DNA from: Bacilli bacterium
GTDB taxonomy: Bacteria > Bacillota_I > Bacilli_A > ML615J-28 > CAG-313
Direction of reading: 5' to 3'
Assembly: GCA_017409905.1 (NCBI GenBank)
Contig: JAFQRV010000016.1
Location: 22,143-86,142, forward strand
Length of the DNA stretch: 64,000 bases
Shown: positions 1-10,241 of the stretch, piece by piece
Layout of the letters: each line of letters begins with the position of its first letter
Position numbering within the stretch: the first letter of the stretch is position 1
Made by a program: the position numbers and the translations under genes
Notes under the pieces: generated by a model
The model's database searches: none
What the model saw: only the letters and a program-made list of their open reading frames with translations
What the model was told of the DNA's origin: nothing

Positions 1-1422
1 AGTTGGGATACAGAAACTGAGGCTCCACTTGGATGTTTAGAAGAAAGAAGTAAACAAGTAGGAGTTCTTAGTGAAATGAGTTATCAATTAGAAAGAAGTA
101 AAGAATATATTGAATTAGTATCTTATCTTAATAACAATATTGATCAATTAGATGATATCTTAAAAGTTGAAATTAAAAAGACTAACAAAGCATTACAACA
201 ATCATTAAAAATACCTATGGATGAATTAGTTGAGTTTAGTATATTAATGTCTAAATCAGCAAGTATTTGGGCAAATGCAAAAGTAAATAATGACTATAGT
301 TTATTTAAAGATACTTTAGCAGAAATTATCAATTTCTCAAAGAAGATGGTTAAATACTTAGAAACTGAAGAACTAAAAGGTTACAATGTTTTACTTGATC
401 AATATGAAGAAGGAATGACTAAGGAAAAATATGATAAATTCTTTGCTTTATTAAAAGAAGAAATTGTACCGTTAGTTAAAGAAATCAGTAAACAACAAAA
501 ACCAATAAATAAGATTGTCAATAAAAAATATGATATTAATAAACAAAAAATATTTGCTGATTATTTAATGGATGTAATGTGTTTTGATAAAAACAGAGGA
601 TTAATGAAAGAAAGTGAACATCCATTCACATCAGGATATGGAAGTAGTGATGTTCGTGTAACAAATCATTACTATGAAGATTTAGTATTATCAAGTGTTT
701 TTTCTGCTATTCATGAACTAGGTCATGGTACTTATGAACAACAATGTAACCCTGAACTTGATTCTACATATTTAAGTGGTGGAACATCTATGGCGATGCA
801 TGAATCACAATCACGTTTTTATGAAAATATTGTTGGTAGAAGTTATGAATTTTGGAAAAGACATTATCCAAAACTAAAAGAATTATTTGAAGAAGAACTT
901 AGTGATGTATCATTAGAAGAATTTTATCGATATGCTAATGATGTAGAATGTTCTTTAATTAGAGTTGAAGCTGATGAATTAACATATCCTTTACATATAA
1001 TGGTAAGATATGAAATTGAAAAGATGATAATTGAAGGTAATGTTTCAGTTGATGAACTTCCTACTATTTGGAATAGATTATATAAAGAATATTTAGGCCT
1101 TGATGTTCCAAATGATAAACTAGGAATATTGCAAGATGTTCACTGGAGCGGAGGATCATTTGGTTACTTCCCAACTTATGCTTTAGGTTCAGCATATGGA
1201 GCACAACTTCTTTACGCAATGAAAAAAGATTTAAACTTTGAAGAAGAATGTTCAAAAGAAAATTTAAAAGCAATTAATGAATGGTTAAAAGAAAAGATTC
1301 ATATATATGGTGCTACTAAATCACCAGAAGAATTACTAATCGCATCAACTGGTGAAACATTTGATGCCAAATATTATGTAAAATATTTAAAGGAAAAATA
1401 TCAAAAAATTTACAATATCTAA
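1..1422 (+). CDS. M32 family metallocarboxypeptidase (carboxypeptidase Taq-like); 5' end lies upstream of the window
   Basis: HEXXH motif HELGHGTYEQ and the M32 signature HESQSRF. The reading frame is open from base 1, so the track's M at 76 is internal. Confidence 0.8.
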   Translation, partial: SWDTETEAPLGCLEERSKQVGVLSEMSYQLERSKEYIELVSYLNNNIDQLDDILKVEIKKTNKALQQSLKIPMDELVEFSILMSKSASIWANAKVNNDYSLFKDTLAEIINFSKKMVKYLETEELKGYNVLLDQYEEGMTKEKYDKFFALLKEEIVPLVKEISKQQKPINKIVNKKYDINKQKIFADYLMDVMCFDKNRGLMKESEHPFTSGYGSSDVRVTNHYYEDLVLSSVFSAIHELGHGTYEQQCNPELDSTYLSGGTSMAMHESQSRFYENIVGRSYEFWKRHYPKLKELFEEELSDVSLEEFYRYANDVECSLIRVEADELTYPLHIMVRYEIEKMIIEGNVSVDELPTIWNRLYKEYLGLDVPNDKLGILQDVHWSGGSFGYFPTYALGSAYGAQLLYAMKKDLNFEEECSKENLKAINEWLKEKIHIYGATKSPEELLIASTGETFDAKYYVKYLKEKYQKIYNI

Positions 1423-1431
1423 GAGGTATAT

Positions 1432-2154
1432 ATGTCTTCAATTAATGATTATATTAAAAAAGCTAAAGCTGTTTCATATTGTTTAACAAGATTTTTAGAT
1501 TCTACAGAATCTAGTAATTTAAGAAAAGTAAAAGATCCAACTATTAAAGTATTTTATAATGGTGGATATAGTGATGCAGAAAGAGTAAGAGCTTTTATAA
1601 TCGATAAAAAAGAACAAGAACCAGAAATGAATGAATTTGAAATAGGCATTGTTAAATTAATTCCAACAAGTGATATTAGAGAAATTACTCATCGCCATGT
1701 TTTAGGAACAGTAATGAGTTTTGGAATTAAACGTGAATTAATTGGAGATATTATAGTTAAAGAACAAGAAATATATATATTTGTTGTAAAAGATATTATT
1801 GAATTCTTATTGGAAAACATCAAAGAAATTAACCGAATAAAAGTTGAAGTTCAAAAAGAAGATATAATTAATTTTGTAAATGATGCAAAAGAAGAAACAA
1901 AGTTAATTAATGTTGCGAGCTTAAGACTAGATGCAGTAATATCAAAAGTTTTAAATTTAAGTAGAACTAAAGCTGTAGAGATAATCGAAAAAGGTTTAGT
2001 TCAAATTAATCATATTGAATGTGAAAATATTTCTTACTTTTTAAAAAATAATGATTTAATTAGTGTTAGACATTTTGGTAGAATCCAAATAATAGATGTG
2101 GTTAATAAAACTAAAAAAGACAGGTTAGTATTAGAGGTTAGTATAAAGCACTAA
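1432..2154 (+). CDS. S4-domain RNA-binding protein, YlmH-like
   Basis: C-terminal S4 fold (LRLDAVISKVLNLSRTKAVEIIEKGLVQIN). RBS GAGG lies upstream. Confidence 0.5.
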   Translation: MSSINDYIKKAKAVSYCLTRFLDSTESSNLRKVKDPTIKVFYNGGYSDAERVRAFIIDKKEQEPEMNEFEIGIVKLIPTSDIREITHRHVLGTVMSFGIKRELIGDIIVKEQEIYIFVVKDIIEFLLENIKEINRIKVEVQKEDIINFVNDAKEETKLINVASLRLDAVISKVLNLSRTKAVEIIEKGLVQINHIECENISYFLKNNDLISVRHFGRIQIIDVVNKTKKDRLVLEVSIKH

Positions 2155-2158
2155 TTAC

Positions 2159-2356
2159 TTGACTTTTTTCAAAAAAAGTAGTATAATACTAAAGGTGCGA
2201 TAAAAGCAGCAGTCAGTGAGTAATAGATTCCTAGATTATCACTTAAGGATGTTAGTAGCCTCGCTGCTTAGGCGAAAACAATAAGATAATCTATCCTATT
2301 GTAGAATTGAATTTTTTTATCCACTAAAATTTAAATAAAGTAAAGGAGAAAAAAAC
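2159..2356 (+). promoter_or_regulatory. rpsD promoter plus a structured 5' leader, candidate S4 autoregulatory site
   Basis: -35 TTGACT at 2159-2164, 17 nt spacer, -10 TATAAT at 2182-2187. The ~170 nt leader has a long-range helix (AAGCAGC ... GCTGCTT) enclosing ~60 nt. S4 autoregulation of the rpsD leader is established in Bacillus. Confidence 0.45.
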
Positions 2357-2956
2357 ATGGCACGTTATACTGGTCCATCATGGAAACAATCAAGAAGATT
2401 AAAATTTTCTATCTTAGAAACTGGTAAAGAATTACAAAAACGCCCTTATGCTCCAGGCCAACATGGTCAAAAGAGAGGTAAACTTTCTGAATATGGTTTA
2501 CAATTACAAGAAAAACAAAAAGTACGTTTCTACTATGGCGTTAATGAAAAACAATTCCGTAACCTATTTGAAAGAGCTGCAAAATTACAAGGTAAACAAG
2601 GTGACAACTTCTTATTCTTATTAGAATCAAGACTTGACAATCTTGTATATCGTTTAGGATTTGCTGCTACTAGAAGACAAGCTAGACAATTAGTTAATCA
2701 TGGTCACGTATTATTAGATGGTAAAAAAGCAGATATTCCATCAATTACAGTTAAACCTGGTCAAACTATCAGTTTAAAACAATCTTCTAAAGGTTTAGTA
2801 ATCGTTAAAGAAGCTTTAGAAAATACAGTTTCAAGAGTTGCATTCGTAAGTTATGATGAAGCAACAATGACAGGTACATATGTACGTCTTCCAGAAAGAA
2901 GCGAAATCTTACCTGAAATTCATGAAAATCTTATCGTTGAATTCTATAACAAATAA
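2357..2956 (+). CDS. rpsD: 30S ribosomal protein S4
   Basis: [15 protein letters not shown]... is a hallmark S4 N-terminus. 199 aa, RBS AAGGAGA. Confidence 0.97.
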   Translation: MARYTGPSWKQSRRLKFSILETGKELQKRPYAPGQHGQKRGKLSEYGLQLQEKQKVRFYYGVNEKQFRNLFERAAKLQGKQGDNFLFLLESRLDNLVYRLGFAATRRQARQLVNHGHVLLDGKKADIPSITVKPGQTISLKQSSKGLVIVKEALENTVSRVAFVSYDEATMTGTYVRLPERSEILPEIHENLIVEFYNK

Positions 2957-2961
2957 GAAAT

Positions 2962-2995
2962 TAAATAATCTACAGAAATGTAGATTATTTTTTTA
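2962..2995 (+). terminator. intrinsic terminator after rpsD
   Basis: Hairpin AATCTACA-GAAA-TGTAGATT followed by a T-run. Confidence 0.7.
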
Positions 2996-3063
2996 CCAAA
3001 AAATACATATTATAATTTTCTTATATTTGTTTAAAATATATATGAACTTATATAGGAGGTTAT

Positions 3064-3480
3064 ATGAAATCTTATAAGTTAAAATGGCCAATGATCTTAG
3101 GTATTATTGGTGCAATCTATTCAGTTATAGTTGGTTTCATAATAGGCTTTTTAGCAACGGGAGGAAAAGTACCAGGTTTTCCAACTGCCGATTTTGGAAG
3201 AATGTGGTTATTAGTAACAGTAATGGCAATAGCTGGACCGGTCATTGGTTTAGTTGGTGCTTCAATTGTTCGAAGCAACCCTAAGGTTGGTGGCGTACTA
3301 ATGTTATTTGCTGTTGTTGAATATTTTGTAATTTGTGTTTTAATAGGAAGACCAACTACAGTACCTTATTTATTAGTAGGAGGTATTGGTATATTATTTA
3401 TGTTTATAAGTGGAATTATGTCATTGGTTTATCCAATGTTAGATGAAGAGACAAAATATACTTATAAAGCTTCTAATTAA
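3064..3480 (+). CDS. small polytopic membrane protein, hypothetical
   Basis: 138 aa with 4 predicted TM helices. RBS AGGAGG. A terminator hairpin lies at 3505-3540. Confidence 0.5.
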   Translation: MKSYKLKWPMILGIIGAIYSVIVGFIIGFLATGGKVPGFPTADFGRMWLLVTVMAIAGPVIGLVGASIVRSNPKVGGVLMLFAVVEYFVICVLIGRPTTVPYLLVGGIGILFMFISGIMSLVYPMLDEETKYTYKASN

Positions 3481-3613
3481 TATTAATTACTGAATTTAAA
3501 AAGAAAAAGATTAAAAATTATTTAATCTTTTTTCTTTTTAAATAAACAAATTGCTTGACTAAATTTAGCACATTTGATATACTATTAATGCGTTTGAAAG
3601 AACACGCATAAAT

Positions 3614-3688
3614 GCGGATATCGTATAATGGCTATTATGTCGCCTTGCCATGGCGAAGATGTCGGTTCGATCCCGATTATCCGCTCCA
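3614..3688 (+). tRNA. tRNA-Gly (anticodon GCC), CCA encoded
   Basis: Cloverleaf read by hand: acceptor GCGGATA/TATCCGC, anticodon stem TCGCC/GGCGA with loop TTGCCAT, T-arm GTCGG-TTCGATC-CCGAT, 3' CCA. Promoter TTGACT-17-TATACT lies at 3555-3583. A GGAA-tetraloop terminator follows at ~3700-3725. Confidence 0.85.
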
Positions 3689-3759
3689 TAAAAGAAACAT
3701 AGTCCGGAAGGGCTTTTTTTTATTTTTTAAAAATAAAAAAATAGGCCATATGACCTATT

Positions 3760-4248
3760 TTATATTTGATTTAAAAATTCAGTTATAGTAGTATTTTTTC
3801 TTAATGAATAAATAATTAACATACCAACAATGGCAGAAATCAATTCTCCTACCATAACCCAAGTAATTGTAATTAATGTTGGAATAAAAGAAAGATTTTC
3901 GATAAAACTAATTTCTAAGCCAACTAGAATATTACAAAGTGGTAATATTAATAATCCTGTCCAAGGTTTTTTAAATATTGAAAGCAGTACACAACAAGCT
4001 AAAGTTGCGATTGAACCTACAACAGCATCGATTAATCCAAAAGGGCCGATTAAGTTAGCAATAAAACAACCTATAACTACACCCGGAGTTAATCTTTTAT
4101 TAATAATTACTAAAAAGATTAATACTTCGGCTAATCTTACTTGAACAGCTTCATAAGACATAAAACTAAAAATAAATACTAACGCAACATATAATGCCGC
4201 AATTAAAGCATTGTAACAAATGCTTTTAACAACTTTACTTACATTCAT
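3760..4248 (-). CDS. queT: queuosine-precursor transporter, QueT-like (ECF S-component-like, 5 TM)
   Basis: 162 aa polytopic membrane protein of QueT/COG4708 size and topology. It is preceded on the minus strand by a preQ1-I-like riboswitch. RBS AAGGGAG. Confidence 0.55.
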   Translation of the reverse strand: MNVSKVVKSICYNALIAALYVALVFIFSFMSYEAVQVRLAEVLIFLVIINKRLTPGVVIGCFIANLIGPFGLIDAVVGSIATLACCVLLSIFKKPWTGLLILPLCNILVGLEISFIENLSFIPTLITITWVMVGELISAIVGMLIIYSLRKNTTITEFLNQI

Positions 4249-4251
4249 TTA

Positions 4252-4305
4252 AATTCTCCCTTGTTTTATTATTTTAAAAGATGGTTAGCAGGAACATCTT
4301 TACTT
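4252..4305 (-). ncRNA. preQ1-I riboswitch (translational, SD-sequestering type)
   Basis: The minus-strand RNA has stem AAAGAUG/CAUCUUU with loop UUCCUGCUAAC, then tail UAAAAUAAUAAAACAAGGGAG. The tail AAAACAAGG is identical to the Thermoanaerobacter preQ1-I tail and the loop ends in the GCUAAC-type motif. AAGGGAG is also the RBS of queT. Confidence 0.65.
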
Positions 4306-4413
4306 TAGAAATTATATTAAAATTGAGTAAATTTGTCAAATAAAAAGTTTTATTGCTTTATTTTTCCATAAAACACAAATTATGATATACTATTATTTAA
4401 AGAAGGTGATAAC

Positions 4414-6192
4414 ATGATATTCGGAAAACATATCAATAAGTTTTATATCAAATATTGGTATTTAATACTAGTAGGTATATTATCTTTAATTTTAGTTGAC
4501 TATGTTCAATTAGAAATACCTAAAATTGTAGGTGCAATAGTTGAAGGACTAAATAAATATATTGATCCTTCAGTTGAAGCTGATAAACTAACAATTGAAG
4601 CATTAAAAGGATTAATTTTAAAACTACCTATTATTGCTTTATTAATGTTTATTGGTAGATTTTTATGGAGAATTACAATATTTAATTTAGGTATATATGT
4701 TGAAACTGATTTAAGAGATGAAATGTTTGCTCATAGTTCTAAACTTTCTAGAGAGTATTATAATACTCATAAAGTTGGTGAAGAAATGGCATTATACACA
4801 AATGACTTACAAGCTGTTAAAATGACTTTTAGTAACGGCATATTAACTTTAGTTGATGCATTATTTTTAGGTGTTTTATCATTTTATAATATGTTCCAAA
4901 TTCATAAGTTTTTAACTTTCTTGGCATTGATACCTTTAGCATTAATTGCTTTAATCAGTAATGTTATTGGCCGTATAATGAAAAAGAAGTTTGAAGCAAG
5001 ACAAAAGGCTTTCTCAGAACTTAGTGATTTTACTCAGGAAAACTTTTCGGGAATTACAGTTGTAAAGGCCTTTGTTAAAGAAACTAAAGAGCTTTCTAGA
5101 TTTAAAAAGATTAATCAAAAGAATAAAGAAAAAAATATTGATCACGTAAGATTTGCAATGTTGTTATGGATGGGCATTAATTTATTAATTAATATTATTT
5201 TTGTTTTAATTATTGCTTTATCAGGTTATATTAGAGCTGCATCTCCAAAACAATTCTATGCTGGTGATGTTATTCAATTTATTTTATATTTTGAAACAAT
5301 GATATGGCCGATGATGGCAATTTCAAGACTTGTAAATCTTAGAAGTCAGGGGAAAGCTAGTTTAAAACGTGTTGATGAAATGTTAGATTATCCTGTAGAG
5401 ATTACGGTTGAAAATCCGGTTGATGTAGAAATTAAAGGACATATTGTTTATAACAACTTAACTTTTAAATATCCTGGTCGTGATGTAAATGCTTTAGAAA
5501 ATATTTGTTTAGACATTCCAGTAGGATATAACGTAGGTATTTTAGGAAGAACTGGTTGTGGTAAAACAACAATGGTTGATTTGTTATTACATATGTATAA
5601 TATTGAAAAGGGAATGATTACGATTGATGGTGTAGATTTAATGGATATCGATTTATATAATTTAAGAGAATCGATTGGTTATGTCCCACAAGATAATTTC
5701 TTGTTTAGTAAAAAAGTAATTGATAACATTTGTTTTGGTATTGAAGAAAATGATTTAGAACTTGCTAAAAAATATGCTGAGTATGCTGCAGTAGCGGACA
5801 ACATTGAGGATTTTCCAGAAAGGTATGATACTATTTTAGGAGAACGTGGTGTTACATTATCTGGTGGTCAAAGACAAAGAGTATCAATTGCAAGAGCAAT
5901 GATAAAGAATCCGCCAATATTAATTTTAGATGACTCTGTATCAGCAGTAGATACTGAAACTGAAGAAAAGATTATTCAATATCTACACGATACAAGAAAA
6001 GGTCAAACTACAATTGTTGTAGCTCATAGAATTTCAACAGTTAAAGATTTAGATATGATTGTTATATTAGAAGATGGTAAAATTATTGCTACCGGTACGC
6101 ATGATGAATTACTTGAAACTTCTCAAGTATATAAAGATATGGTACTTCTTCAACAATTAGATGATGAAGAAGGAGGTGTAGGCAATGAATAA
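4414..6192 (+). CDS. ABC exporter, fused permease/ATPase (heterodimer partner 1, YheI/LmrC-like)
   Basis: An N-terminal 6-TM domain, then Walker A GRTGCGKTT, signature LSGGQRQR and Walker B ILILDD. Confidence 0.85.
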   Translation: MIFGKHINKFYIKYWYLILVGILSLILVDYVQLEIPKIVGAIVEGLNKYIDPSVEADKLTIEALKGLILKLPIIALLMFIGRFLWRITIFNLGIYVETDLRDEMFAHSSKLSREYYNTHKVGEEMALYTNDLQAVKMTFSNGILTLVDALFLGVLSFYNMFQIHKFLTFLALIPLALIALISNVIGRIMKKKFEARQKAFSELSDFTQENFSGITVVKAFVKETKELSRFKKINQKNKEKNIDHVRFAMLLWMGINLLINIIFVLIIALSGYIRAASPKQFYAGDVIQFILYFETMIWPMMAISRLVNLRSQGKASLKRVDEMLDYPVEITVENPVDVEIKGHIVYNNLTFKYPGRDVNALENICLDIPVGYNVGILGRTGCGKTTMVDLLLHMYNIEKGMITIDGVDLMDIDLYNLRESIGYVPQDNFLFSKKVIDNICFGIEENDLELAKKYAEYAAVADNIEDFPERYDTILGERGVTLSGGQRQRVSIARAMIKNPPILILDDSVSAVDTETEEKIIQYLHDTRKGQTTIVVAHRISTVKDLDMIVILEDGKIIATGTHDELLETSQVYKDMVLLQQLDDEEGGVGNE

Positions 6193-7984
6193 AAATTTAG
6201 ATAACGAAAGAATTTATTCTAATACACAGTTAATTAAAAAAATATTTGTTTTCTTAAAACCTTACATTAAATATTTTGTATTATCATTAGTATTAATACT
6301 AGTAGCAGTTGGGCTAGAATTAATAATTCCATTCTTTTATAAGGCTGCAACTAATGAAATGTGGAAGTTAGATGTAGATTTTCCAAAGATATTATTAATA
6401 TGTTTAGGAATGGCAGGAATTACTATTTTAGCTAGTGCAACTCAATTTATTGAAGCAATGATCCTTCAACATGCTGGGCAAGGAATTATTTATAATGTAA
6501 GAAATGTTGTATTTAATCATATTGAAAATTCTTCTATAGAACAAATTAATGCTATTCCAATTGGTAAACTTGTAACAAGAGTAACAAACGATACTAATTC
6601 ACTTAATGAATTATTTACAGATGTGTTGGTAAACTTAATTAGAAGTGTAGTTACAATTATTGGTGTAATCATTTTCATGTTTGTTTGCGATGTTCATCTA
6701 GCATCATATATGTTAATTATTATGCCAATCATTTTAGTATCAACATTTATCTTTGATAAATATGCAAGAAAAGCTTATCGTAAGGTACGCCATAACTTAT
6801 CACACTTAAATGCGAGTCTTTCAGAAAACTTATCTGGAATGAAGATTACTCAAGCATTTAATGCGGAACAAAAACAATATAAAGAATTTAAAGAAAGAAA
6901 TCGAAAACTACAAAAAAGTTCAAGTGCTCAAATATTATTGCACGCAATATATAGACCAAGTATGTATGTTTGTTATATTGCGACACTATTTATTGTCTTC
7001 TGGTTTGGTGGAAAAGACGCTTTAGAACTTGCAATAAATACAGGGGATTTAAGCGGTATTGGGACATTGCTTGCATTCTATTTATTTATTGATAAATTCT
7101 TTGGACCATTACAAGAATTAGCAGAACAATTAAACACTTTACAATCAGCATTTGCATCAAGTGAAAGAATATTCGAAATATTAGATACACCTAGTACAAT
7201 TGAAGATAGAGAAGATGGTATTGAATTAGAAGATATTCGTGGTGAAATTGAATTTAAAAACGTTTGGTTTGCATATGAAGAAGGAAACTGGATTTTAAAA
7301 GACGTTTCATTCCATGTAGCTCCTAATGAAGTAGTTGCCTTTGTTGGAGCAACAGGAAGTGGTAAAACTACAATTCTTCAATTAATTGTAAGAAACTATG
7401 ACATCCAAAAAGGTGAAATATTAATTGATGGTATCAATATTAAAGATATTAAACTTCATTCATTAAGAAGTAAATTTGGACAAATGTTACAAGATGTATT
7501 CTTATTTAGTGGTACTATCAAAGATAATATTAAAATGTATGAAGAAAATATTACAGATGAACAAGTATATGAAGCTTGTAAATATGTAGGCGCTGATCAC
7601 TTCATCGAAAGACTTGACAATAAATATGATGAAGTAGTTAGAGAAAGAGGAAATAACTTCTCTAGTGGTCAAAGACAATTATTGTCTTTTGCAAGAACAT
7701 TAGTTCATAATCCTAATATTATTATTCTTGATGAAGCGACTGCTAATATCGATACGGAAACAGAAGTTTTAATTCAAGAATCATTAGAAAAAATGATGAG
7801 TATTGGTACGATGTTAATGGTTGCTCATAGATTATCAACTATCCAACATGCTGATAAGATTATTGTTTTATCAAAAGGAGTTATTCAAGAAATGGGTAGT
7901 CATCAAGAATTACTTAAAGCAAAAGGGCAATATTATAAGTTATATACATTACAATATGAAAAGAATATTCATCTAGAAGACTAA
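6185..7984 (+). CDS. ABC exporter, fused permease/ATPase (heterodimer partner 2, YheH/LmrD-like)
   Basis: Walker A GATGSGKTT, signature FSSGQRQL, Walker B IIILDEAT. Overlaps the upstream partner by 8 nt. A terminator GGGACTACAAAGTCCC-T-run lies at 7988-8015. Confidence 0.85.
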   Translation: MNKNLDNERIYSNTQLIKKIFVFLKPYIKYFVLSLVLILVAVGLELIIPFFYKAATNEMWKLDVDFPKILLICLGMAGITILASATQFIEAMILQHAGQGIIYNVRNVVFNHIENSSIEQINAIPIGKLVTRVTNDTNSLNELFTDVLVNLIRSVVTIIGVIIFMFVCDVHLASYMLIIMPIILVSTFIFDKYARKAYRKVRHNLSHLNASLSENLSGMKITQAFNAEQKQYKEFKERNRKLQKSSSAQILLHAIYRPSMYVCYIATLFIVFWFGGKDALELAINTGDLSGIGTLLAFYLFIDKFFGPLQELAEQLNTLQSAFASSERIFEILDTPSTIEDREDGIELEDIRGEIEFKNVWFAYEEGNWILKDVSFHVAPNEVVAFVGATGSGKTTILQLIVRNYDIQKGEILIDGINIKDIKLHSLRSKFGQMLQDVFLFSGTIKDNIKMYEENITDEQVYEACKYVGADHFIERLDNKYDEVVRERGNNFSSGQRQLLSFARTLVHNPNIIILDEATANIDTETEVLIQESLEKMMSIGTMLMVAHRLSTIQHADKIIVLSKGVIQEMGSHQELLKAKGQYYKLYTLQYEKNIHLED

Positions 7985-8114
7985 GGGACTACAAAGTCCC
8001 TTTTTTATTTTTAGTTTTATTCTCTTGAAAAAAAAACGTATATGTGGTAAAATAATTTGAATTATGTGGATTTTTTTAAAACACTACAAATTATTGTATT
8101 AGGAGGTAATATAA

Positions 8115-9521
8115 ATGGGTGTTAAAATTGTTGATACTTGTTTAAGAGATGGACATCAATCTTTAGTCGCTACTAGATTATCAACTGCAGATATTTTACC
8201 AATTGCAGAATTACTTGATAATGCTGGTTATCATGCTTTAGAAGTATGGGGCGGAGCTACTTTCGATTCTTGCTTACGTTTTTTAAATGAAGATCCATGG
8301 GAAAGATTAAGATTAATTCGTAAAGCTTGTCCTAAAACGAAATTACAAATGTTATTCAGAGGACAAAATATTTTAGGATATCGTCACTATTCTGACGAAT
8401 TAGTTGAAATGTTTGTTAAAAAATCATTAGAAAACGGTATTAATATTATTCGTGTTTTTGATGCTTTAAATGATTTAAGAAATTTAAAGAGTGCTGTAGA
8501 TGCAACAAATAAATATAAAAAAGAATTTGATGGTCATTGTCAAATAGCTTTATCTTATACAACAAGTCCAGTACATACTATTGATTATTATGTACAACTT
8601 GCAAAAGATATCCAAACTATGGGTGCTGATTCAATTTGTATTAAAGATATGGCTGGTGTATTATTACCAAATGATGCATATGAATTAATTAGTCGTATTA
8701 AAAAGGAAGTTAAACTTCCAATTGAATTACATACTCACTGTACTGGTGGTGTAGCAGAAATGACAGTCATGAGTGCTATTAGAGCAGGTGTTGATATTGT
8801 TGATACTGCATTGTCTCCATTTAGTGGTGGTACAAGCCAACCTTGTACTGAATCTTTACAATATGCTTTGCAAGGTACTGAATATGATCCAAAATTAAAT
8901 TTAGAATACTTAAAGAAAGCTTGTGAAAAATTAACTGTAGTTAAAGATCGTTTCTTAGAAAGTAAAACTTTAAATCCTAAAGCCTTAACTACAAATCCTA
9001 ATATTTTAAAATATCAAGTTCCTGGTGGAATGTTATCAAACCTAATGAGTCAATTAAAAGAACAAGGCGCGATGGATAAATATGAAGAAGTATTAAAAGA
9101 AATTCCAAGGGTACGTAAAGACTTTGGTTATCCACCACTTGTAACTCCACTATCTCAAATGGTTGGAACACAAGCAGTAATGAATGTTTTATTTAAAGAA
9201 AGATATAAAGCATGTCCTAAAGAAATCATTGAATACTTAAAGGGTAACTATGGTAAGGCACCTGCTGAAGTTAATGAAGAAGTAAGAAAGAAAATCATCG
9301 GTGATGCACCAATTATTACACATAGACCAGCTGATGATATAGCTCCTGAATTTGAAGCTATGAAAGCTAAATATGCAGATATTTGTGAAACTGATGAAGA
9401 CGTATTATCTTGTGCTTTATTTGAACAAGTTGCGGTTAAATTCTTAGAAGGAAGAAAAGCAGCTAAACTTATGGAAAGCCAAGAAAATGAAGTTGAAGAA
9501 TTTAATATATTTATAGGGTAG
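8115..9521 (+). CDS. oadA: oxaloacetate decarboxylase alpha subunit, carboxyltransferase domain only (pyruvate-carboxylase 5S-type)
   Basis: HMGL-like TIM-barrel motif DTCLRDGHQS. 468 aa with no C-terminal biotinyl domain, which is supplied by the 121-aa ORF at 10242. Confidence 0.8.
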   Translation: MGVKIVDTCLRDGHQSLVATRLSTADILPIAELLDNAGYHALEVWGGATFDSCLRFLNEDPWERLRLIRKACPKTKLQMLFRGQNILGYRHYSDELVEMFVKKSLENGINIIRVFDALNDLRNLKSAVDATNKYKKEFDGHCQIALSYTTSPVHTIDYYVQLAKDIQTMGADSICIKDMAGVLLPNDAYELISRIKKEVKLPIELHTHCTGGVAEMTVMSAIRAGVDIVDTALSPFSGGTSQPCTESLQYALQGTEYDPKLNLEYLKKACEKLTVVKDRFLESKTLNPKALTTNPNILKYQVPGGMLSNLMSQLKEQGAMDKYEEVLKEIPRVRKDFGYPPLVTPLSQMVGTQAVMNVLFKERYKACPKEIIEYLKGNYGKAPAEVNEEVRKKIIGDAPIITHRPADDIAPEFEAMKAKYADICETDEDVLSCALFEQVAVKFLEGRKAAKLMESQENEVEEFNIFIG

Positions 9522-9527
9522 GCAAAT

Positions 9528-10223
9528 ATGAAAAAAAGATTAATAGTTATTTTATTTATTGCATGTTTGTTTTTACTAACTGGTTGTAAAAAGAATGATT
9601 ATGTGGGTGGAGTATTCAGCTCTGATGTTGAATATAAATATGAAGATGCAGTTGCAAAATATGAAAGCACTTCATATGTTCAAAATAGATACCTAATTGG
9701 TTTCTTATCAACAGTTGAATATGATGTTCCACAAGATAGTTTATTACTATCTGGCAGACATTATATTTTCTATCAAGCAGGTAGTGTATTACCTGCTGGA
9801 GAATATTACGCTGTATATTCAACTCCAGAAGAGGGATTGGCATATCCAGAAATCGAAATTAAAGGAATGAAATATGCAGGGTATTTTAAAGCAGATGGAA
9901 CTAGAATAACTACTCCAGCAAAAGATTCAATGTTATTTGTTAGATATATATCTTTTGCAGATGCAGGACTAGTAGTTGTAGTTTGCGTAGCAATTGTATT
10001 TGCAATGCTTGCACTTCTTTGGGGTATTGTTTCATTATTTAGATTTATTGCGCCAAAAGCTATTGAGGCAAAAAAAGAAGAAAAACCAGTTGTTCAAAAA
10101 CAACAAATCAAATTAGAAGATATCAAAGATGAAGATATGATGGTTGCAGTATTAGTTGCAAGTATCGATTATCATGAAGAAACTCAACAAGATGTTAGAG
10201 TTGTATCAGTTAAAGAATTATAA
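9528..10223 (+). CDS. oadG: OadG-like gamma subunit fused to an N-terminal extracytoplasmic lipoprotein domain
   Basis: Signal peptide plus lipobox LLTGC, a ~125 aa novel domain, a single TM (VVVVCVAIVFAMLALLWGIVSLF), then an OadG-type cytoplasmic tail (DMMVAVLVASIDYHEE...VRVVSV). Confidence 0.6.
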   Translation: MKKRLIVILFIACLFLLTGCKKNDYVGGVFSSDVEYKYEDAVAKYESTSYVQNRYLIGFLSTVEYDVPQDSLLLSGRHYIFYQAGSVLPAGEYYAVYSTPEEGLAYPEIEIKGMKYAGYFKADGTRITTPAKDSMLFVRYISFADAGLVVVVCVAIVFAMLALLWGIVSLFRFIAPKAIEAKKEEKPVVQKQQIKLEDIKDEDMMVAVLVASIDYHEETQQDVRVVSVKEL

Positions 10224-10241
10224 GAGAATGGGAGAAAGAAA

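Noticed and set aside
1064-1273. Minus-strand and alternative-frame ORFs in the track: 1064..1273, 2880..3077, 3084..3284, 3830..4144, 9616..9843, 11266..11622, 12009..12194, 13557..13784, 14443..14625, 15268..15489, 22188..22433, 26245..26472, 26557..26757, 31361..31603, 36222..36461, 36993..37202, 37099..37335, 37247..37444, 37569..37958, 38198..38401, 42510..42857, 43324..43605, 48600..48935, 49058..49258, 50595..50777, 52665..52925, 54465..54818, 54775..54978, 56639..56824, 56975..57190, 58083..58304, 61196..61510, 61600..61791, 61706..62050, 62495..62686
   Set aside because: All lie inside or antisense to well-supported genes, lack RBSs and have low-complexity AT-rich translations. They are the expected spurious ORFs in ~30% GC DNA.
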